Source of the DNA: an uncultured Streptobacillus sp.
GTDB lineage: Bacteria > Fusobacteriota > Fusobacteriia > Fusobacteriales > Leptotrichiaceae
Assembly (NCBI GenBank): GCA_963539215.1
Contig: CAUTJT010000002.1
Span: 175,087 to 199,086, forward strand
Direction: 5' to 3'
DNA: 24,000 bases
In this document: in pieces, positions 21,199 through 24,000 of the stretch
Layout of the letters: the number at the start of each line of letters is the position of its first letter
How positions within the stretch are numbered: position 1 is the stretch's first letter
The notes under the pieces: model-generated
Databases searched by the model: none
Told to the model about the DNA's origin: nothing
What the model saw: only the letters and a program-made list of their open reading frames with translations
Made by a program: the position numbers and the translations under genes

Positions 21199-23796
21199 AT
21201 GACTGGAAATGAACTTAGAAAAAGTTTCGTTGATTTTTTTAAAACTAAAAAGCATAAACATTTTGAAAGTGCATCATTAATACCTGATGATAAAACACTT
21301 TTATTAACAGTAGCTGGTATGGTACCATTTAAACCTTTTTTCCTAGGAGAAAAAAAAGCACCATATAACAGAATAACTACATATCAAAAATGTATAAGAA
21401 CTAATGACTTAGAAAATGTTGGAGTAACTCCACGTCACCATACTTTCTTTGAAATGTTAGGAAATTTCTCTTTTGGTGACTATTTCAAAAAGGAAGCAAT
21501 AGCTTGGTCTTGGGAATATATTACTACAATATTAAAATTAGACCCTAAAAGACTTTATGTTTCTGTTTATTTAACGGATGATGAAGCATATAACATATGG
21601 GTTAATGAAATAGGAATACCTGAAGATCATATGGTTAGATTAGGCGATGATGATAACTGGTGGGCTGCTGGTCCAATTGGTTCTTGTGGTCCTTGTAGCG
21701 AAATATATTATGATACATTAAATATGGGTCCTAATAACGAAGAAATTAATTCAAAACCAGGAGATGAAGGTAATAGATTTTTAGAAATATGGAATTTAGT
21801 ATTTACTGAATGGAATAGATTAGAAGATGGATCTCTTATCCCACTTCCTGAAAAAAATATTGATACAGGTGCAGGACTTGAAAGAATAGCTTCTGTTGTA
21901 CAAAATAAAGATAATAACTTTGAAACAGATTTATTCACACCTATAACTAAAAAAATAAATGAAATATTAGAAATTAAATCTGAGAAAACAAAAACTGCTG
22001 TTAAAATAATAGCCGATCATCTTAGAGCAGCTACATTCTTAATTTGTGATGGAGTTCTTCCGTCTAATGAAGGACGTGGATACATACTTAAAAAACTAAT
22101 AAGACGTGCATACGGTGCAGGTGCTTTAGAAAATCAAAAAATATTTAATAATTCTGAAACTTATTTATACAAAATAGTTGATACAATAATAGATAATATG
22201 AAAGAAGCTTATCCTGAACTTGAAGAAAAAAGAGAATATATAAAAAATATAGTTAAAAATGAAGAAGATAAATTCTCTAAAACTTTAAAAATTGGAACTG
22301 ATATACTATTTGAGGCTATTGAAAATGGAAAGGATAAAAAGATTTCATCTGATTTATCATTTAAACTTTATGATACTTATGGATTCCCTTTTGAATTCAC
22401 AAAACTTATAGCAGAAAGTAAAGGATTTAGTGTTGATGAGGAGGAATTTAATAAAAAATTAGATGAACAAGTTAAAAGATCTCAAAACTCAAGAAATACT
22501 GTTTCTGATATGATAAAAGATGAATTTATTGGTAAATTCTATGAAGAACATGGAAAAACTCATTTTATTGGTTATGATACTTTAAAATCTTATTCTAAAT
22601 TATTACATATAAAGGAAAATGAAGATAATTTATTTGAAGCTATATTTGAAGAAACACCTTTCTATGCAGAAAGTGGAGGACAAGTTTCTGATAAAGGTAT
22701 AATAAAAAATAAAAATGGTTTTGTTGGAGAAATAGTTAATATAGTTAAAAAATCTGATATATTCATACACTATTTCAAATTAATTGAGGGTAATATTCCT
22801 ACAGTTAATAGTGAAGTAAAATTAATAGTTGATGAACAACATAGACTAGAAGTTATGAAAAATCATACTGCAACTCACCTACTTCATAAAGCTTTAAGAG
22901 AAGTTCTAGGCAAGACTGTAGAACAAGCTGGATCTTTAGTAAATGCTGAAGGTTTACGTTTTGATTTTTCATACTATAATCAAATAACAGAAGATGAATT
23001 AAAGAAAATAGAAAGCATGGTAAATGATGCAATACTTAAAAATCTACCTGTGTTTATAAATTATGAAAATATAAATGAAGCTAAAGAACGTGGTGCTATG
23101 GCATTATTTAGCGATAAATATGGTGATATAGTAAGAGTCGTTGATATTTCTGATTATTCAGTAGAATTATGTGGAGGTACACATGTTAGATCTACTGGTG
23201 AAATCGGATTATTTAAAATTTTATCTGAACAAGGAAAAGCAAGTGGAGTAAGAAGAATAGAAGCTATTACAGGACACAAGAGTCTAGAATATGTTAATAA
23301 CCTAGAAAACTTGATTAATAATATATCTTCTAGCTTCAAAACTAGTCCTTCTAATGTTGAAACTGCAGTTTCTAAAGCACGTGAAGAACTTAAAGAAAAA
23401 GATAATTTAATAAAAGAATTACAATCAAAAATAGCTAAACTTGAGGTTTCAGAATTAGTTAATGAAGCATATACTGTTAACGGAGTAAAAGTATTAATTA
23501 AGAAATTTAAAAATAAATCAATAGATGAACTTAAAGAACTAATAGATATGGCTAAAGTAAATCTAGAATCAGCAGTTATATTATTTGCTTCAAGTAATGA
23601 TAATGCAATATTTGTTTCAGGTGTTACAAAAGACTTGACTAATAAATTTAATGCAGGAAACATAGTAAAACTTGCTTCTAGTTTAACAGATGGTAAAGGT
23701 GGAGGAAGACCTGACTTTGCACAAGCTGGAGGAAAAGATGTATCAAAAATTGACATAGCAATTAATGAAGTTAAAAAATATATTGAGGAGCAATAA
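21199..23796 (+). CDS. alaS: Alanine--tRNA ligase
   Basis: ~865 aa. MTGNELRKSFVDFFKTKKHKHFESASLIP, WWAAGPIGSCGPCSEIYYD, editing motif HTATHLLHKALR, VELCGGTHV, C-terminal GGGRPDFAQAGG. ATG at 21199 with AAGGTGG RBS is preferred over the GTG at 21190. Confidence 0.97.
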   Translation: MTGNELRKSFVDFFKTKKHKHFESASLIPDDKTLLLTVAGMVPFKPFFLGEKKAPYNRITTYQKCIRTNDLENVGVTPRHHTFFEMLGNFSFGDYFKKEAIAWSWEYITTILKLDPKRLYVSVYLTDDEAYNIWVNEIGIPEDHMVRLGDDDNWWAAGPIGSCGPCSEIYYDTLNMGPNNEEINSKPGDEGNRFLEIWNLVFTEWNRLEDGSLIPLPEKNIDTGAGLERIASVVQNKDNNFETDLFTPITKKINEILEIKSEKTKTAVKIIADHLRAATFLICDGVLPSNEGRGYILKKLIRRAYGAGALENQKIFNNSETYLYKIVDTIIDNMKEAYPELEEKREYIKNIVKNEEDKFSKTLKIGTDILFEAIENGKDKKISSDLSFKLYDTYGFPFEFTKLIAESKGFSVDEEEFNKKLDEQVKRSQNSRNTVSDMIKDEFIGKFYEEHGKTHFIGYDTLKSYSKLLHIKENEDNLFEAIFEETPFYAESGGQVSDKGIIKNKNGFVGEIVNIVKKSDIFIHYFKLIEGNIPTVNSEVKLIVDEQHRLEVMKNHTATHLLHKALREVLGKTVEQAGSLVNAEGLRFDFSYYNQITEDELKKIESMVNDAILKNLPVFINYENINEAKERGAMALFSDKYGDIVRVVDISDYSVELCGGTHVRSTGEIGLFKILSEQGKASGVRRIEAITGHKSLEYVNNLENLINNISSSFKTSPSNVETAVSKAREELKEKDNLIKELQSKIAKLEVSELVNEAYTVNGVKVLIKKFKNKSIDELKELIDMAKVNLESAVILFASSNDNAIFVSGVTKDLTNKFNAGNIVKLASSLTDGKGGGRPDFAQAGGKDVSKIDIAINEVKKYIEEQ

Positions 23797-23799
23797 TAA

Positions 23800-24000
23800 A
23801 TGAATATTTATTTAGGACTTGATATAGGTGATGTTAGAATAGGTGTCGCAAAATCTGATTCAATTGGTATGTTTGCATCAGCATACGAGGTTATAAACAG
23901 AAACCAAACTGACCCATTTGTAAGAATAAAAAAAATTATAAATGAAGAAAAAATAGCTGCTTTAGTTGTGGGACAACCTAAAACTAAAGATGGTCAAAAT
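23800..24000 (+). CDS. ruvX: RuvX/YqgF-family Holliday junction resolvase (5' part, truncated by window end)
   Basis: Begins 3 nt after the alaS stop: MNIYLGLDIGDVRIGVAKSDSIGMFASAYEVINRN...IAALVVGQPKTKDG; the GLDIGDVRIGVAKSD motif is characteristic. Confidence 0.9.
   Translation, partial: MNIYLGLDIGDVRIGVAKSDSIGMFASAYEVINRNQTDPFVRIKKIINEEKIAALVVGQPKTKDGQN

Noticed and set aside
23154-23756. Minus-strand ORF of 200 aa (also 21708..21938)
   Set aside because: Antisense within alaS; long only because of AT-rich codon bias, with no recognisable domain.

Overview
This is a very AT-rich window, probably chromosomal DNA from a Fusobacteriota/Leptotrichiaceae (Streptobacillus-like) organism. The lineage is inferred from composition and protein style, not tested. 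Most of it is carbohydrate metabolism. (1) A minus-strand operon lacI-type regulator > malQ > pulA has a good promoter and a cre/MalR-like imperfect operator. (2) A large lineage-type outer-membrane beta-barrel gene has an excellent consensus promoter. Just upstream lies an odd ORF: a cytoplasmic WYL-domain protein fused in frame to a degenerate copy of the C-terminal ~97 residues of that outer-membrane protein. (3) An eight-gene minus-strand operon contains a GH2 beta-galactosidase, a YhcH/EbgC family protein, a sugar ABC binding protein, two permeases, a GH65 inverting alpha-glucoside phosphorylase, an EamA/DMT transporter and beta-phosphoglucomutase. It diverges from a second LacI regulator across a perfect 20-bp palindrome. 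(4) An MsmX/UgpC-type ABC ATPase, alaS and the 5' end of ruvX follow. I see no CRISPR array, rRNA, tRNA, transposase or recognisable defence system. The observations most worth follow-up are the WYL/outer-membrane chimera and the GH65+GH2 pairing, which could process a Glc-alpha-Gal-beta glycan such as the collagen disaccharide.
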